From positions 7,192,001 through 7,256,000 of the forward strand of contig CM075990.1 in assembly GCA_038087875.1 (NCBI GenBank): a stretch of DNA of 64,000 bases, given 5' to 3'. Below the pieces are notes generated by a model. It saw only the letters and a list, made by a program, of their open reading frames with translations, did not search any database and was not told where the DNA came from. The first letter of the stretch is position 1. The number at the start of each line of letters is the position of its first letter. Source of the stretch: Malacoraja senta (Eukaryota). This document shows positions 12,332 to 25,714 of this stretch, piece by piece. A program made the translations under genes and the position numbers.

Positions 12332-12757
12332 AGGGCCTGTCCCACGAGCATGCGACTGCATGCGGCAAGCGTAACCTAACGTGGTCGCTTGAGCCGTATG
12401 GCCTCGCGGGGCCGGTCCCACTTCGATCGCCGGAGCCATATGGAGTTGTGCGGAGCTGGCCCGACATCGCGCGGGGCTCCGAAAAACTGACACTGTTCAA
12501 AAATTCCCCGCGGCAACGGCCTGCCGGCCCGCAGCCGCCTCGACGCCATACGCACTGCCTCGACGGGCGTGCGCAGCGTCTCGACGCCGTACGCAGCGTC
12601 TCGACGCCGTATGCAGCGTCTTGACGCCGTACGTCACGCACGAACTTCCCGCGGACTTCGCTCGAACTTCACGTCACTCACTCGACCTCCGCGCGGCCCC
12701 CGATTCCGGTTTGGTCACGCTAGCCGCATGCTGTCGCATGCTCGTGGGACAGGCCAT
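12332..12757. mobile_element. PIF/Harbinger-type MITE family B, inserted in a Penelope-derived repeat
   Basis: TIRs agggcctgtcccacgagcatgcgac / gtcgcatgctcgtgggacaggccat. TSD TTA. Removing it restores ctgagttactccagc. Confidence 0.85.
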
Positions 12758-13064
12758 TTACTCCAGCTTTTTGTGTCCATCTCCGGTTGAAACCAGCATC
12801 TGCAGTTCATTCCTACACATTTCGTCTGCTCCTCTATGAAATCTCTTCAAGGTTTGCTTGCTTTGGAGCAGTTTTGCTCCTCTCTCTGTCTGAAGAAGGG
12901 TCTCAACACAAAGCTTCACTTATTCCTTTTCACTCAAGATGCTATCTGACCCATTGAGTTCCTCCAGCTTTTTGTGCCTATCTTTACTTTTCGAATACAT
13001 GGTTCGGATCACGTTTCTGCAACCATCCTGTCTTTGAATCCTTCCAAGGCATTATTTCATCCTT

Positions 13065-13435
13065 AGATAGACACAAAATGCTGGAGTAACTCATCTCTGG
13101 AGAGAAGGAACGGGTGACGTTTCAGGTTGAGACCCTTCTTCAGACTGATGTCAGTGGAGAGGGAGATACATTGATAAGGAAGTGTTAGGTGTGAAAGCAG
13201 GACAAAGGGAATGGAGATCAATGAAAATGTAGAATAGATCATTGTTAGCTGGGAGAAGGTAACAACAAAGCAAACAGAGATAAAATGTAGTCGGAGACAG
13301 AAAGACTGGTCGGAGAACTGGGAAGCAGTAGGGATGGAGAGAGTGTGGGAAAGCAAGGGTTACTCGAAGTTAGAGAAGTCAATGTTCATACCACTGGGGT
13401 GTAAGCTGCCCAAGCGAAATATGAGGTGTTGTTTG
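13065..13435 (-). mobile_element. Penelope-like element 3' end (GIY-YIG C-terminus plus pLTR with hammerhead motif)
   Basis: Minus strand encodes QHLIFRLGSLHPSGMNIDFSNFE*, followed by a pLTR containing CTGAAGAagggtctcaacctGAAAcgtc. Confidence 0.8.
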
Positions 13436-15279
13436 CCATTTCATCCGTGTTCAGTGATCTCCTGTGATTTCCCTTCATTCGCCTATTACGCTAGTTATTT
13501 AAACAACTCTTTCCAGTTCTCTCTAACTTCTCATCCACTTCCCTACGTACAATGTCTCCACTAGTTTCCTTCTCACCAACCCACCTGCCTCAAATTACAC
13601 ATTTTTGAGTTCTTCTAATTTATTGCATCTCCTCCTCAATGCAAGGTGATCTGAGATGACCAGAGCATAGTCGAGAAGTCATTCTGCATGTGAGAAATAA
13701 TATGATGAAATACATTGTACTTATAGCTGTGATGGAAGTCTGGTTAAACAGAGGAAAGAGCAGGATCTACAGCAGAAGTAATTGTACGTAAACTGTGGAC
13801 AAAGTTAGGACAGCTTTGAAAATTCTTAGATAATGAATTAATTTGAATAGGAATATCAAGATAAAAAACATGATATAATTTACCAAAGGGTTGATGTATT
13901 GATTGGGCGAGCAAACTAGAGTGGTGATTAATGGGTTGGGGAAAATAAGGAGAGTATTTCTGGATTTAATACAATGCAGAAGAAAGCCAACACTGGTTCC
14001 ATATAGAGTAATTACAATGGTTCTTCCCACTTTCTGTACTTCTCTGTATCTCTGCACGTTATATGCCAATAAACTAGCCTTTGATTGATTTCTTCTTTCT
14101 TCACCACTTACCTTCACTGAGGATAATTTACTGCAGCTTATTAACTTGCCAGCTGGGAAGTGCGAATGGAACAGGAACATGCAAACTCCACACAGAGAGC
14201 GAGCGAGGTCAGGATTGAAGCCAGGTACCCTGAGCTATGAGGAGGGGCACTAAACACCATGCCACCCTAAGAAGCCACAATTGGTTGATTGTCATTAACC
14301 ATCATTTACCTCACCTTTTACATACTCCTTTCAATTATATCCCATTATCAGGATATAATATAAAAGTGAAAACCAGTGTGCATTGATTGTCCCAACTATA
14401 AATAGCCTGATTTAATGGCTGCATATGCTGTGGTTTCTATGGTGTATTTAGTGCAACAAGATATTTCCTCTGTGCATGATGTGCAACATAATCATATTAT
14501 CCATTTTTAAAATGTTTACCGTTTGGCTACAATAAGGAGTGGGGAAAATTGCTTTGATGGCTCACAAGAATGTTAAGTGCTTCTGAGCGCAGTTTCGTAA
14601 TATGATTAGAAGATGCAGTGCACGAGACAGAGTCAGACACTGGCCTATATTGAGCAACCCTTGAAATGAATCATACGCGAGCAGCCTCTGCCTGGTAAAT
14701 GCTCCTTTGGACCTTTCACTTCCATTGCGTGACACTCTAATTAGGGTCACGACAGGAATAAACTCAACAAAGTCCACCCTGCCAGACAGTCAGTGAATAG
14801 AACCTTTGCATAATCATCATTGTGCTGCCCTCTCTGCAAAGGCGCCGTCTTCGATAAGACACGTCGCTGAATTAAATTATAGGCATCTGATACAAAGTGA
14901 TTCCATGAATCAAGATTAACTTCATTAGTTTGCCCAGACCTCTTTCTTATTACGGTTTGGTCTCCGTGCTGAGAGTGCAGCAATCAAATAAGTGGACAGC
15001 AGAGGCTATGCAGTCTGTAATAGCAACGCGGACAGTTTAATAACCTCAATTGGTGCACCAGTTAGTGACCAGGGTTAGTGCCAGTGGATGATAGCACCCC
15101 AAGGGATTGGGCTACAGCTGACTGGAACAACCTGCCACAGAAGACATTCTACTTCAAGCCAATCAAGTGGACAACTAGAACTCACCAAGAAAGTGATTTC
15201 ACTTCCTTTACTTAAGGTTAAATTTCATTTCCGCACCTCTGTTAAATCATCGTCAACCAGCTTTTTTAACAGAGGAGAC

Positions 15280-16125
15280 TTTAGACTTTAGAGATACAGC
15301 GTGGAAACATATCCGTCAGCCCTCTGAGTCCACGCCGACCAGCGATCACCCCGTCCACTCACACTATTCCACACACTAGGGACAATTTACAGTAGCCAAT
15401 TAACCTCCCAACTTGCATGTGTTGGCAATGTGTGAGGAAACTGGAGCACCCGGAGAAAACCCACGTGGTCACAGGGAGAACGTACAAGACAGCCCTGTAA
15501 ATCTTTCCGATCCACGTATCTGTCCAAACGTCTAGTAAATATTATTATAATACCTGCCTCAATTATCCACTCTGGCAGCTTGTTCCATATACCCTGTGTG
15601 AAAAAGTTGCCCCTCAAGTTCCTATTACATTTTTTCCCTCCCACCTTAAACCAATGTTTTTTATTCTCTTAATCTTGATAAAAGACTGTGCATCCACACA
15701 GAATCAATATTCTTCTCATAGTTATATACACCTTTATAGGATTACCCCCTCATCCTCCTGTGCTCCAGGGAATAAAATGCTCGGCTGCCCAATCTCTCCC
15801 GAAAGTTCAGGCCCTCAAGTCCTGGCAACATCCTTGTACATTTTCCCCGCACTCTTTCCAGCTCAACAACATCGTTCCTTAGGCAGGGGGACCAAAACTG
15901 AACTCAATTCTCCAATAGCGGCCTCACCAATGAATTGTACAGCTGTAACATAACATCCCAACTTCTATACTCAATACCCTGACTGATGAAGGCCAATGTG
16001 CCAAAAGCCTTCTTTATAGCCACCCTGTCGACCCGTGAGGCCATTTTCAAGGGAATATGTACCTGCATACCGAGCTCAGCTCAAAAACACTCCCCAGGGG
16101 CCAACCATTAACTGGAAAGCTCTTG
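15280..16125 (-). mobile_element. Partial V-SINE joined to a CR1 LINE fragment
   Basis: SINE 3' half at ~15280-15495, then CR1 ORF2-like sequence (RNLRGNFFTQ..WNKLPEWIIEAG). Confidence 0.7.
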
Positions 16126-16609
16126 CTAATTTTCCAAACAATCGTAGAAAAAAATATGATGAAGGTGGAACAAATATTTGGAGGAATTGCCACCAATATC
16201 TTTAATCCACTGATGGTAATGAATTGATTTGGAATAAATGTGAAAGCAGGTTACTGTCTGACAAAGAAAGTATAAATGACCTGAGATCACAAAAGAAGAA
16301 TTACAAATAATATTCTGGCACGGTAATATGATGTGTGTGACTGTGAACACACTTTAATATACCTAACTTATAATGTAAGTATCACCATTCAAAGCAAATT
16401 ATCCATTATGTTGAAAACTGGAGACCCATTTCCATAGGGTGATATTCAATGCATAAGATCGCACTTAAGAGATGGTTCACTGATGACAAAGTGATCTGAT
16501 GGTAACATTAAGATCATGCCAGGAAAAGAACATGTCAAATGAACCATGACATTGAAGGACCTTTCACCTCAACGACGGACAGAGAGAGCAACAGGTTCAA
16601 TGTTCTTAC

Positions 16610-16697
16610 CCGGGACGATCTCAAACAGGTGTTTGCTGGACTCCTCAGGGTTTGCTGCAAACTCATTCACTTGACTCCCTTGTAGTTGGATAGAACC
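16610..16697 (-). CDS. ARHGAP22: ARHGAP22 coding exon (PH domain continuation), 88 nt, phase 0 to phase 1
   Basis: Not in the ORF track; read manually as ttcttatccttag|GGT TCT ATC CAA CTA CAA GGG...ATC GTC CCG G|gtaaga = GSIQLQGSQVNEFAANPEESSKHLFEIVP(G). Homologous to recalled ARHGAP22 [30 protein letters not shown], and in frame with the 51698-51897 exon. Confidence 0.92.
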
Positions 16698-16726
16698 CTA
16701 AGGATAAGAAGAGACTACATTGGCAA

Positions 16727-17380
16727 GATGATACGATACGATGGAACTATATTTATCCCAGGAGGGAAATTGATCAGCCAACATTCATAAGAACACAAAA
16801 TACATGAAGCATGAAATTAAAGTAAAGAGTGGAAAGAATTGGGGATGTGCAAAGATTGGGGAGGGGGGTGGGGTGGGAGGGGGTGTGGGGGAGTCAGTCT
16901 ACCTCACGACAGAAAGGGGGACGAGTTGTACAGTTTGATAGCCACAGGGAAGAAGGATCTCCTGTGCTGCATCTTGGTGGAATCAGTCTGTTGCTGAAGG
17001 TCTCCTCCCCTCCAAGACCATCTCCCATGAATCCAACTCTGCCTCCAGGACAGAGCCAGCCTTCTTGATGTGTTTGTTAATCCTATTGGCGTCCGCGGCC
17101 TTCGTCCCAACACAGGGCAGTGAAGAAGATGGCACTGGCTACCACCGATTGGTAGAACATCTGCAGCATCTAACTGCAGATGTTGAAGGAACGGAGCCTT
17201 CTAAAACAGGTACAGACAGCTCTGTCCCTTCTTGTACAGGGCCTCAGCGATCCTGGACCAGTCCAGTTTACTGTCCAGGTACACTCCAAGGTATTTGTAT
17301 TCCCTGGTAAACTGCACATCCATACCATTGATGGAGACAGGGGACAGGGGTGTTCCTCTCCTCCTAAAGTCCACCAATAA
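16727..17380 (-). mobile_element. Rex1/Babar-type LINE 3' fragment next to the exon acceptor
   Basis: VDFRRRGTPLSPVSINGMDVQFTREYKYLGVYLDSKLDWS...KKGQSCLYL, then RRSFFPVAIKLYNSS, and an (ATCGT)n tail ending ~30 nt from the acceptor. Confidence 0.75.
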
Positions 17381-18964
17381 ACCCTGACGAGACAAGATCA
17401 AATACGTTGACTTTAATCAAACTGAATTTCAGAGTTCAAAGTATATGTGCCACTAAATCAGCACACTATTTGAAAAGGATTACTGCAATTGGAAGGACAA
17501 TTTAGAAATATGCTTTACATAGGATCCAATGAAAGGAAATTAGGTTAGGATATTAGCTAATGTGTCACTTCAGGAGAAGGCAGACAGGAATTTTAAATGG
17601 ATCCCCATGTTATTGGCACAGTAATATACACAAACATTTCCTAAATAACGCCTGCACTCAGGTGATTAAACATGTTCTGTACAATGAGTGGGAATAACAC
17701 AGACAACATTATTAAATGCCTGGAGTCTTAGTACTGGGGGCGAATTGCTAATACCCAAGAAGATGCACGGTTGGAATTGAGTTTAGTTTCTCTGCTACAA
17801 ATACTAATGATTCGATTTTATTCAAGGTGCATTTTCTCTTATGTACGACAAAGTCTATGAGTGATAAATGTTATATTTTGCCATAAAGAAGTCAGGCAAC
17901 ACTTATATGAATCATACTTCAGAATTTGGATTTCTACAGTTTACCAGTTATTTTTTATCTCCAAATAAAAGACAGAAATTCCTGCAACAACAACCCAGTC
18001 GACTGCCAGGCCGACAGGTCTTTAAGGCCAAGACAAGACTCTATACAGTTAAGAACTTGAAACTTACAGAGCACAAGATGGCGCTGAAACGTGGTGACTC
18101 CTTGTGTAGGAAGGGACTGCGGATGCTGGTTTAAACCAAAGATAGACACAAAAAGCTGGAGTAACTCAGCGGGTCGGAGAGCACCTCTGGAGAAAAGGAA
18201 TAGGTGACGTTTCGGGTCGAAACCCTTCTTTAGATACCTTGTATAGAGCCTTGGTGAAGTCTACTATTGTTACACTACAATCGTTACACTTTTACACCTA
18301 TTTATGATTGTGCATATGTATAGTGTGATTTTATTGAATTATTTTCAAAACAAAGAATTTCACTTGCCATTGAAATGTACTGTTCTATATTCTGTGTGTG
18401 TCTAATCTCGTGATTTATTTCTTTAGTTAGACACATCTTATTCTGATACAATATGGAATGTAATACATGTGTAATGAATGGAATGGCCCTACCACTGCAG
18501 AAAAGAAGGTTTAAAATATATACTTTTTGTGTGTTTCTACTTGACTGGTTTTCTCTGAGAGTCAGGCTGGATGCCAGGTCTGTTCAACCTTGCCAAACCC
18601 TTCACACTGCCGGCAAGATTACCAGCTATTCAATCATGCGTTTGCCTGGGCCCAGTGCTGCCTGACCTGCTGAGGGTGCTCAGTATTGAGTGCCTTTAAT
18701 GCAGATTTCCAGCATCTGCAGTTTACAATTTTTAATTAGATAGTCGATCTTTCGAGTTTGACCAACATTTAGAGAGAAGTCAGACAGATGGAGGAGCTGT
18801 GCAGACAAGCTGTCGAAACAAGGAACTGCAGATGCTGGTTTACGCAAAGGGACACAAAGTGCTGGAGTAACTCAGCGGGTCAGGCAGCATCTCTGGAGAA
18901 TGTGGATAGGTGACGCTTTGGGTTGTGACCCTTCTTCAGACTGATTGTCAGGGTTGGGGCAAAA

Positions 18965-19760
18965 TAAATGTCTGTCCAAACCCTCCCTGTAGCTAATACT
19001 CCCTGATCCAGGCATCATTCTGGTAAACCTTCTCTGCAGCCTTTCCAAAGCCTCCACATCCTTCCTGTAATGGGGCAACCAGAACTTGCATGTAATACTC
19101 CAAATGTGGCCAAACCAAAGTCCGATCAAGCTGCATCATGATTTCCTGACTCTTACATTCAATGCCTCAAACAGTGAAGGCAAATATACCATTTGTCTTC
19201 TTTACCACTGTTTTGCCACTTTTAATTATGGACTTGGAATACAAAATCCCTTTTACATCAAGTTGAAGGGTCTTGCCTTTAATTGTATATTTTCCCGTTC
19301 ATTATTTCCTCCAAATGTGCAACACCTCACACTTACATGGATTAAACCTCATCTGCTATTTCTCCGTCCATTTCTTAAGCTGAGCTCTATTCTGCTCTGC
19401 ACTTTGACACCTTTCCCCACAGTCTGTGACCCCAGCAATCTTGGTAACATCAGCAAACCTACTAAACTAAGCTGTCTCCGTTTATGTTCAAGTCGTGAAT
19501 ATGTATTAGAAATAACATAGGTCCCAGCATATACCCTGTGGAACTCCACTGGCCACAGACCTCCTGCCTGAATATTGTCCTTCCACCATAACAGTAAGCC
19601 AGCTCTGAATCCACACTGTTAATCCTGTGGATCTTCTGGATCAGCCTAGTATACGGGACTTTAGCAAATATCTTACTGAAATCCATGTAGACAACATCCA
19701 CCGGCCTTCCCTCATTGATTATCTTCATCACCTCTTCAAAATGCACGATCAGATTGGTAA
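18965..19760 (-). mobile_element. CR1 LINE ORF2 fragment (degenerate)
   Basis: VDVVYMDFSKIFAKVPY and WLPHYRKDVEALERLQRRFTRMMPG motifs, with frameshifts. Confidence 0.8.
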
Positions 19761-21454
19761 TGAATTAATTTAAAATTCATTCTTGGAATGAATTTATCCA
19801 GTTGCTTGTTGAATATTGAACTATGCAAGCTAATTATATGCTGAATTTTAAAGCATTGAAGGGAACAAGAACTTGCAAAAAAATACTTTTCACCAACATG
19901 ATGTTCGTTTTCATATCTTAATAGGTTACTAACTTATGCATTGAAGTGTGATTTTTCCTGATGGCAAAAGATAAAGATCATTTGTCATCTTTAAATGTGG
20001 TACAACATGGAATGCAAGAGGTCGCTCTGTTGAGGCAATACCTTGGTCTGTTCCTTGGGTAACCTGAAAGCAAGGGGCCAGAGTCTGACTCACGGCTTGA
20101 GACAGAGATTGTATCTGAGACTTTATTAGTACACCAGCTTGGCAGAGTGTGTAAAGTTGAAAGAAGCCGTGGAAGATGGAGTTTAGGCTTTGAAGTGGTT
20201 TGGATTTTATCCTGAGGAAAGTTATCAAGCCGGAACAAATGGAAAGTAGTTGCATTCGCTGCACGATGTTGGGAACAAAGGAGCAGAATCAGCTTTCCCC
20301 TTGTGTGGGGGTATTACAAATGTGCTTCTACCTTCCCTCGTGAGAAACTTGTCAAATATGATCCCCGTATATATAGACTCCGCTGTCCAGTTCAGTTTAG
20401 TTTTATTGTCACGTGTACTGAGGTCCAGTGAAAAGCTTTATCATCTGCCCAAGCTCGATCAGTGTCGTTTCTATATTCTACCATTAGCAGAGTGAATTAA
20501 TTTACCAGGATGAGGAAGACATGGTTTGGGAAAATCCAAATATCAGGTTTAGAGTTATTCGTGGGTTACCAAAGCTAATTGCAGTTTGCCTTACACTTTG
20601 TCTTTATACTTTGTAAGTTTTCATGTATATGTATAGGCTGAAGAAGGGTCTCGTTAACCGAAACGTCACCCGTTCCTTCTCGCTGCCTGTCCCGCTGAGT
20701 TACTCCAGCTTTGTCTAACTTAAACCAGCGTCCGCAGTTCTTTCAAGTGTCTGTAAGCATCTTTGCAGCAACAGCATAGAAACTACATAGGTTGCTAGCT
20801 ACTGAGAGCAAAGTCAATCACCCTGAGGTCACTCTATCACTGGCATGTTCTTTTGGATATATATATTTAAACCAAGAATATGAAGTCCCAAAAACCCCAT
20901 TATGAACACACTAAATAATAGAGGGAATGGCAAGAATGGACGAGCCTTGACAATTAGATGCTCCAAATGATATTAAATCCATTAAAAATAAAAAAACTTT
21001 GTGAACAGACAGCTACTAACATTTTCTATTCCTCATGGAAAAGCTGAGCTGTTTTAGTCAAAGGTCTGAAGAAGGGTCATCACCCAATCCCTCTCTCCAG
21101 AGACGCTGCCTGTCCCGCTGAGTTACTCCAGCTTTTTATGTCTATCTTTAGTCAAAGGTCAGTGGGAAACAGACAGGTGTATGAGGGGAAATAAATTGGG
21201 CACAAGTAATGATTATGGTTTGAAGCACGGGGTTGTGGAAACAGCTTCAGGAACACCTGTCAAGTGGAACGCAGGTTAATACTTAAAAGGAAAAGCAAAT
21301 GCCGGACAATGAGCAAAGAGCAAGAGCAGGAATGTGGGGGTAACTGGATTGTGCTTTCAAAAGGCCTGCACAGCACAGTCAGTGAAAGAGTTTGTATCAG
21401 TATGCTGTGACGTTCTGCACTGTGTCACTGTTCTCCATCCTTCTCAGCTGCATC

Positions 21455-23005
21455 TCTCTGTGCTCTGTCACTGTGTGCTCTATCACTGTGTGCTCTATCA
21501 CTGTGTGCTCTATCACTGTGTGCTCTATCACTGTGTGCCCTATCACTGTGTGCTCTATCACTGTGTGCTCTATCTCTGTGTGCTCTATCTGTGTGCTCTA
21601 TCTGTGTGCTCTATCACTGTGTGCTCTATCACTGTGTGCTCTATCTGTGCTCTATTACTGTGTGCTCTAACACTGTGTGTATCGCTTTGTGCTCTATCAG
21701 TGTGCTCTATCAGTGTGCTCTATCTCTGTGTGCTCTATCACTGTGTGCTCTATCACTGTATCACTGTGCTCTATCTCTGTGTGGTCTATCACTGTGTGCT
21801 CTATCACTATGTGCTCTATCTGTGTGCTCCAACACTGTGTGCTCTATCACTATGTGCTCTATCACTGTGTGCTCTATCACTGTGTGCTCTATCTATGTGC
21901 TATATCTCTGTGTGCTCTATCACTGTGTGCTCTATCACTGTGCTCTACACTGTGTGCTCTATCACTGTGCTCTATCTCTGTGTGGTCTATCACTGTGTGC
22001 TCTATCACTATGTGCTCTATCTGTGTGCTCTATCACTGTGTGCTCTATCACTATGTGCTCTATCACTGTGTGCTCTATCTCTATGTGCTCTATCTGTGTG
22101 CTCTATCACTGTGTGCTCTATCACTGTGTGCTCTCTGTGCTCTATTACTGCGTGCTCTACCACTGTGTGTATCGCTGTGTGCTCTATCACTGTGTGCTCT
22201 ATCAGTGTGCTCTATCAGTGTGTGCTCTATCTGTGTGCTCTATCTCTGTGTGCTCTATCACTGTGTGCTCTATCACTGTGCTCTACACTGTGTGCTCTGT
22301 GTGCTCTATCTCTGTGTGGTCTATCACTGTGAGCTCTATCACTGTGTGCTCTATCACTGTGTGCTCTATCTCTGTGTGCTCTATCACTGTGTGCTCTATC
22401 ACTGTGTGCTCTATCACTGTGTGCTCTATCACTGTGTGCTCTATCACTGCGTGCTCTATCACTGCGTGCTCTATCTCTGTGTGCTCTATCACTGTGTGCT
22501 CTATCACTGTGTGCTCTATCACTGTGTGCTCTATCACTGTGTGCTCTATCACTGTGTGCTCTATCACTGCGTGCTCTATCACTGTGTGCTCTATCACTGT
22601 GTGCTCTATCACTGTGTGCTCTATCACTGTGTGCTCTATCACTGTGTGCTCTATCACTGTGTGCTCTATCACTGTGTGCTCTATCACTGTGTGCTCTATC
22701 ACTGTGTGCTCTATCACTGTGTGTATCACTGTGTGCTCTATCACTGTGTGCTCTATCTCTGTGTGCTCTATCACTATGAGCTCTATCATTATGTGCTCTT
22801 TCACTGAGCGCTCTATCACTGTGTGCTCTATCACTGTGAGCTCTATCACTGTGTGCTCTATCACTGTGTGCTCTATCACTGTGTGCTCTATCACTGTGTG
22901 CTCTATCATTGTGAGCTCTATCACTGTGTGCTCTATCACTGTGTGCTCTATCTCTGCATGCTCTATCTCTGTGCGCTCTACCACTCTATGCTGTATCACT
23001 GTGTT
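21455..23005. repeat. 15-bp minisatellite (TGTGCTCTATCACTG)n, ~100 units
   Basis: Direct tandem repeat. Heterogeneous in the 5' half and more homogeneous at ~22330-22950. Confidence 0.97.
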
Positions 23006-23494
23006 TTGATCATCCCATGCTGTATCACTTTGTGAATGGTTAGGGGCAGATTGAGTAAATATGGTTTTATTGGAAGATGCTCTAAATGTGAGTGTTTTTT
23101 CTGAAAGCAATACATCACATTGGCAATCCACGAGTTACTGGAGACACATTGTCAGTAACCAGCTGCTGAATATAAAGCTTTTTTTTCTCCAAATGCACAA
23201 ACCTATTTCATTGAGAACTCAAGAGAGCAAAGCCTACAGCTGTACCCTGGCAGCTGACAGTGAAGAGGGTATGTTGTGATGATTTATTACTGGGAATTTT
23301 GACAGCAAGCAAAAGTTTGGATGAAATGTAGTGAAGGTGTTTATGGCCAATTGCATGCTTTTGAACTTTTATAATGACATATGGATTATCAAAAACACTT
23401 CCCTGGAGCCACTGGATCAGAAAAAATGCTTTTAAAATCGCTCTACACTTTGTGGTCACTGTTTCACTGTGCACTCTCACCGACCTTGGTACTA

Positions 23495-24145
23495 AGTTTA
23501 GTTTAGTTTAGAGATATAGTTCGGAAACTGGCCCTTCAGTCCACTGAGTCCGCACCGACCAGCGATCTCCACACATTAAAGGGCCTGTCCCACTGTACGA
23601 GGTAATTCAAGAGTTCTCCCGAGTTTTCCCCTGATTCGAACTCAGGGAATGTCCGTAGCGGGTCAGTAGGAGTTCGTGGATGTCTCGTTGCGGCTCGTAC
23701 GAGTAAAAAGTAACAATTTGTTTCATCACGAGTATTTCTTTGCAGGGATGAAAAAATGTCACGAGTTTACCGGATTTCACGAGTACCTAGCATTACGCGC
23801 CGCTACGAGACATCCACGAACTCCTACGGACCCGCTACGGACATTCTCCGAGTTCGAATCAGGGGAAAACCCGGGAGAACTCTTGAATTACCTCGTACAG
23901 TGGGACAGGGGCTTAACACTATCCTACACATTAGGGACAATTTACATTTACACCAAGCCAATTAACCTAGAAACCTGTACGTCTTTGGAGTGTGGGAGGA
24001 AACTGAAGATCTCAGAGAAAAACCCACGCAGGTCACGGGGAGAACGTGCAAACTCCGTGCAGACAGCACCCGTAGTCAGGATCGAACCTGTGTCTCTGTG
24101 ATGCAGCAACTGTGATGCAACAATTTCTGCACCGCCGTGCTGCCC
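23495..24145 (-). mobile_element. HE1-type V-SINE interrupted by a Harbinger MITE
   Basis: tRNA-like head, V-domain, and CR1-like tail ending in (CTAAA)n. Confidence 0.8.
23580..23913. mobile_element. PIF/Harbinger-type MITE family C
   Basis: Long TIRs agggcctgtcccactgtacgaggtaattcaagagttctccc... TSD TAA at 23577-23579 and 23914-23916. Empty SINE site is cacattaacact. Confidence 0.87.
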
Positions 24146-24184
24146 TTCACTAAGTCATTAGCACTCCCTGGTAATGGGAAGAGG

Positions 24185-24560
24185 CATCACTGTGACGCAG
24201 CTGGTAGTGCTTCTGCCTCACAGCGCCAGATACCCGGGTTCTTTCATGATTTTGGATGCTCTCTGTGGAGTTTGCATGCTCTCCCTGTTCGATTAAGTTG
24301 AATGTCAATTAGAAATTGCTTGAGTGCCATTTAACATGAGGAGTGCAGGCTTGGTAGTCCAGATATGTTATGCAACCCACGGGGTTTCTTCCCGTTTCCT
24401 CCCACATCCCAAAGTCGTGTGAGTTTGTAGGTCAATTTGCCTCAGTAAATTACCCCAAATGTGTAAGGAGTGGATGAGAAAGTGGGATTACATTGAACTC
24501 GTGTGATCTGTGTGGAGTTATATGTCTGAAGGCCCCTGTTTCCATATTGTGTCTCCAAAC
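24185..24560 (+). mobile_element. Older V-SINE copy with a ~70-bp locally derived insertion
   Basis: Degenerate head (gcagctggtagtgcttctgcctcacagcgcc), V-domain and tail. Confidence 0.65.
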
Positions 24561-25047
24561 CGACAACTCAGAACTAAAGATGTTTATTTCCGTCCCTGGT
24601 AATAACTGGAATGCTTCAACAAATGGGCTGTATCAGAGAAGCCTGCCACATTCAGCGTGAATGGTTGAGGATCAGTAACAATCAGCTTTGCAAACACAGA
24701 GCTCAGCTGTATCTATTTTCACTCAGCTTAATCAATTCGAGTGCAGAATAATTCAGCATCAGCCACAAAAGTGATTAATAGCCTAATTTCAATTAGGGTA
24801 ACATGATATTTGAATCATTAGCTATCAAAATGATCATATTTTATTTTGGTAGGTCCAATTCCAAGTCCAGTGCATTAAAGCAATTTCAATGTCAATAAGA
24901 AATTACTTGAGCACCATTTATCATACAGACTGCATGCTTGGTAGCCCAGATATGTTATAGAATGAATCAAAGTAAGCATTGTGCTGCTGGAGAAAACTAG
25001 GCTGTTGAGGTGAAGGGCGAATCCTCTGTTATCTCATCAAGTGACAC

Positions 25048-25350
25048 GGCGGCACGGTGGCGCAGCAGTAGAGTTGCTGCCTTACAGCGCTTGCAGCTCC
25101 GGAGACCCGGGTTCGATCCCGACTACGGGTGCTGTCTGTACGGCGTTTGTACGATCCGCCCGTGACCGCGCGGGTTTTCTCCGAGATCTTCGGTTTCCTC
25201 CCACACTCCAAAGACGTACAAGTTTGTCGGTTAATTGGCTCTGTGCATGTGCAAAATTGTCCCTAGTGTGTGTGGAGTAGTGGGGATCGCTGGTTGGCAC
25301 AGACTTGGCGGGCTGAAAGGTCTGTTTCTGCGCTGTATCTCTAAACTAAA
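25048..25350 (+). mobile_element. HE1-type V-SINE, full length
   Basis: A box ggtggcgcagcagtaga, B box ggttcgatccc, V-domain ggtttcctcccacactccaaagacgtac, tail ctgtatctctaaactaaa. Confidence 0.88.
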
Positions 25351-25714
25351 AATTCAGTTGCTGCTCGGGTAACACTTAATAGTAGGTGTGGGAAAGAACA
25401 GCAGATGCTCGTTTAAATCGAAGGGAGACACAAAATGCTGGAGTAACTCAGCGGGACAGGCAGCATCTCTGGAGAGAAGGAATGGGTGATGTTTCAGGTC
25501 GAGACCCTTCTTCAGACTTAATTGTAGGTTGCAGCATCCCCAGCAAGGAAAGTGAGCCCTGCTCCCTGCGTTTACTTGTTAAATGGAGTTGTCGAGAGCA
25601 TGAATGCATGTGGGTGCTGGGGGAGGATAGGATCAGCCTTTGCTTCCATTCTGTGTGTTAACCGCCATTTCATTATGCAATGCTTGCATGGCACGCGTGG
25701 ACTGCTAAAATCTA

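Noticed and set aside
21455-23005. Unit contains CTCTATCACTG, part of the tet operator
   Set aside because: Only a half-site with no palindrome, and irregular natural variants. Coincidence, not vector DNA.
21334-23131. 282-472 aa Cys-rich ORFs (CSITV, LYHCV, IEHTV repeats)
   Set aside because: The 15-bp stop-free minisatellite unit is open in all frames; there is no splice or homology support.
23577-23916. TTAA-TSD (piggyBac/Kolobok) classification of the MITEs
   Set aside because: Empty-site reconstruction at 51325, 12332 and 37550 allows only a 3-bp TWA duplication.
25048-25125. tRNA genes
   Set aside because: The A/B boxes belong to tRNA-derived SINE heads followed by a V-domain and LINE tail.
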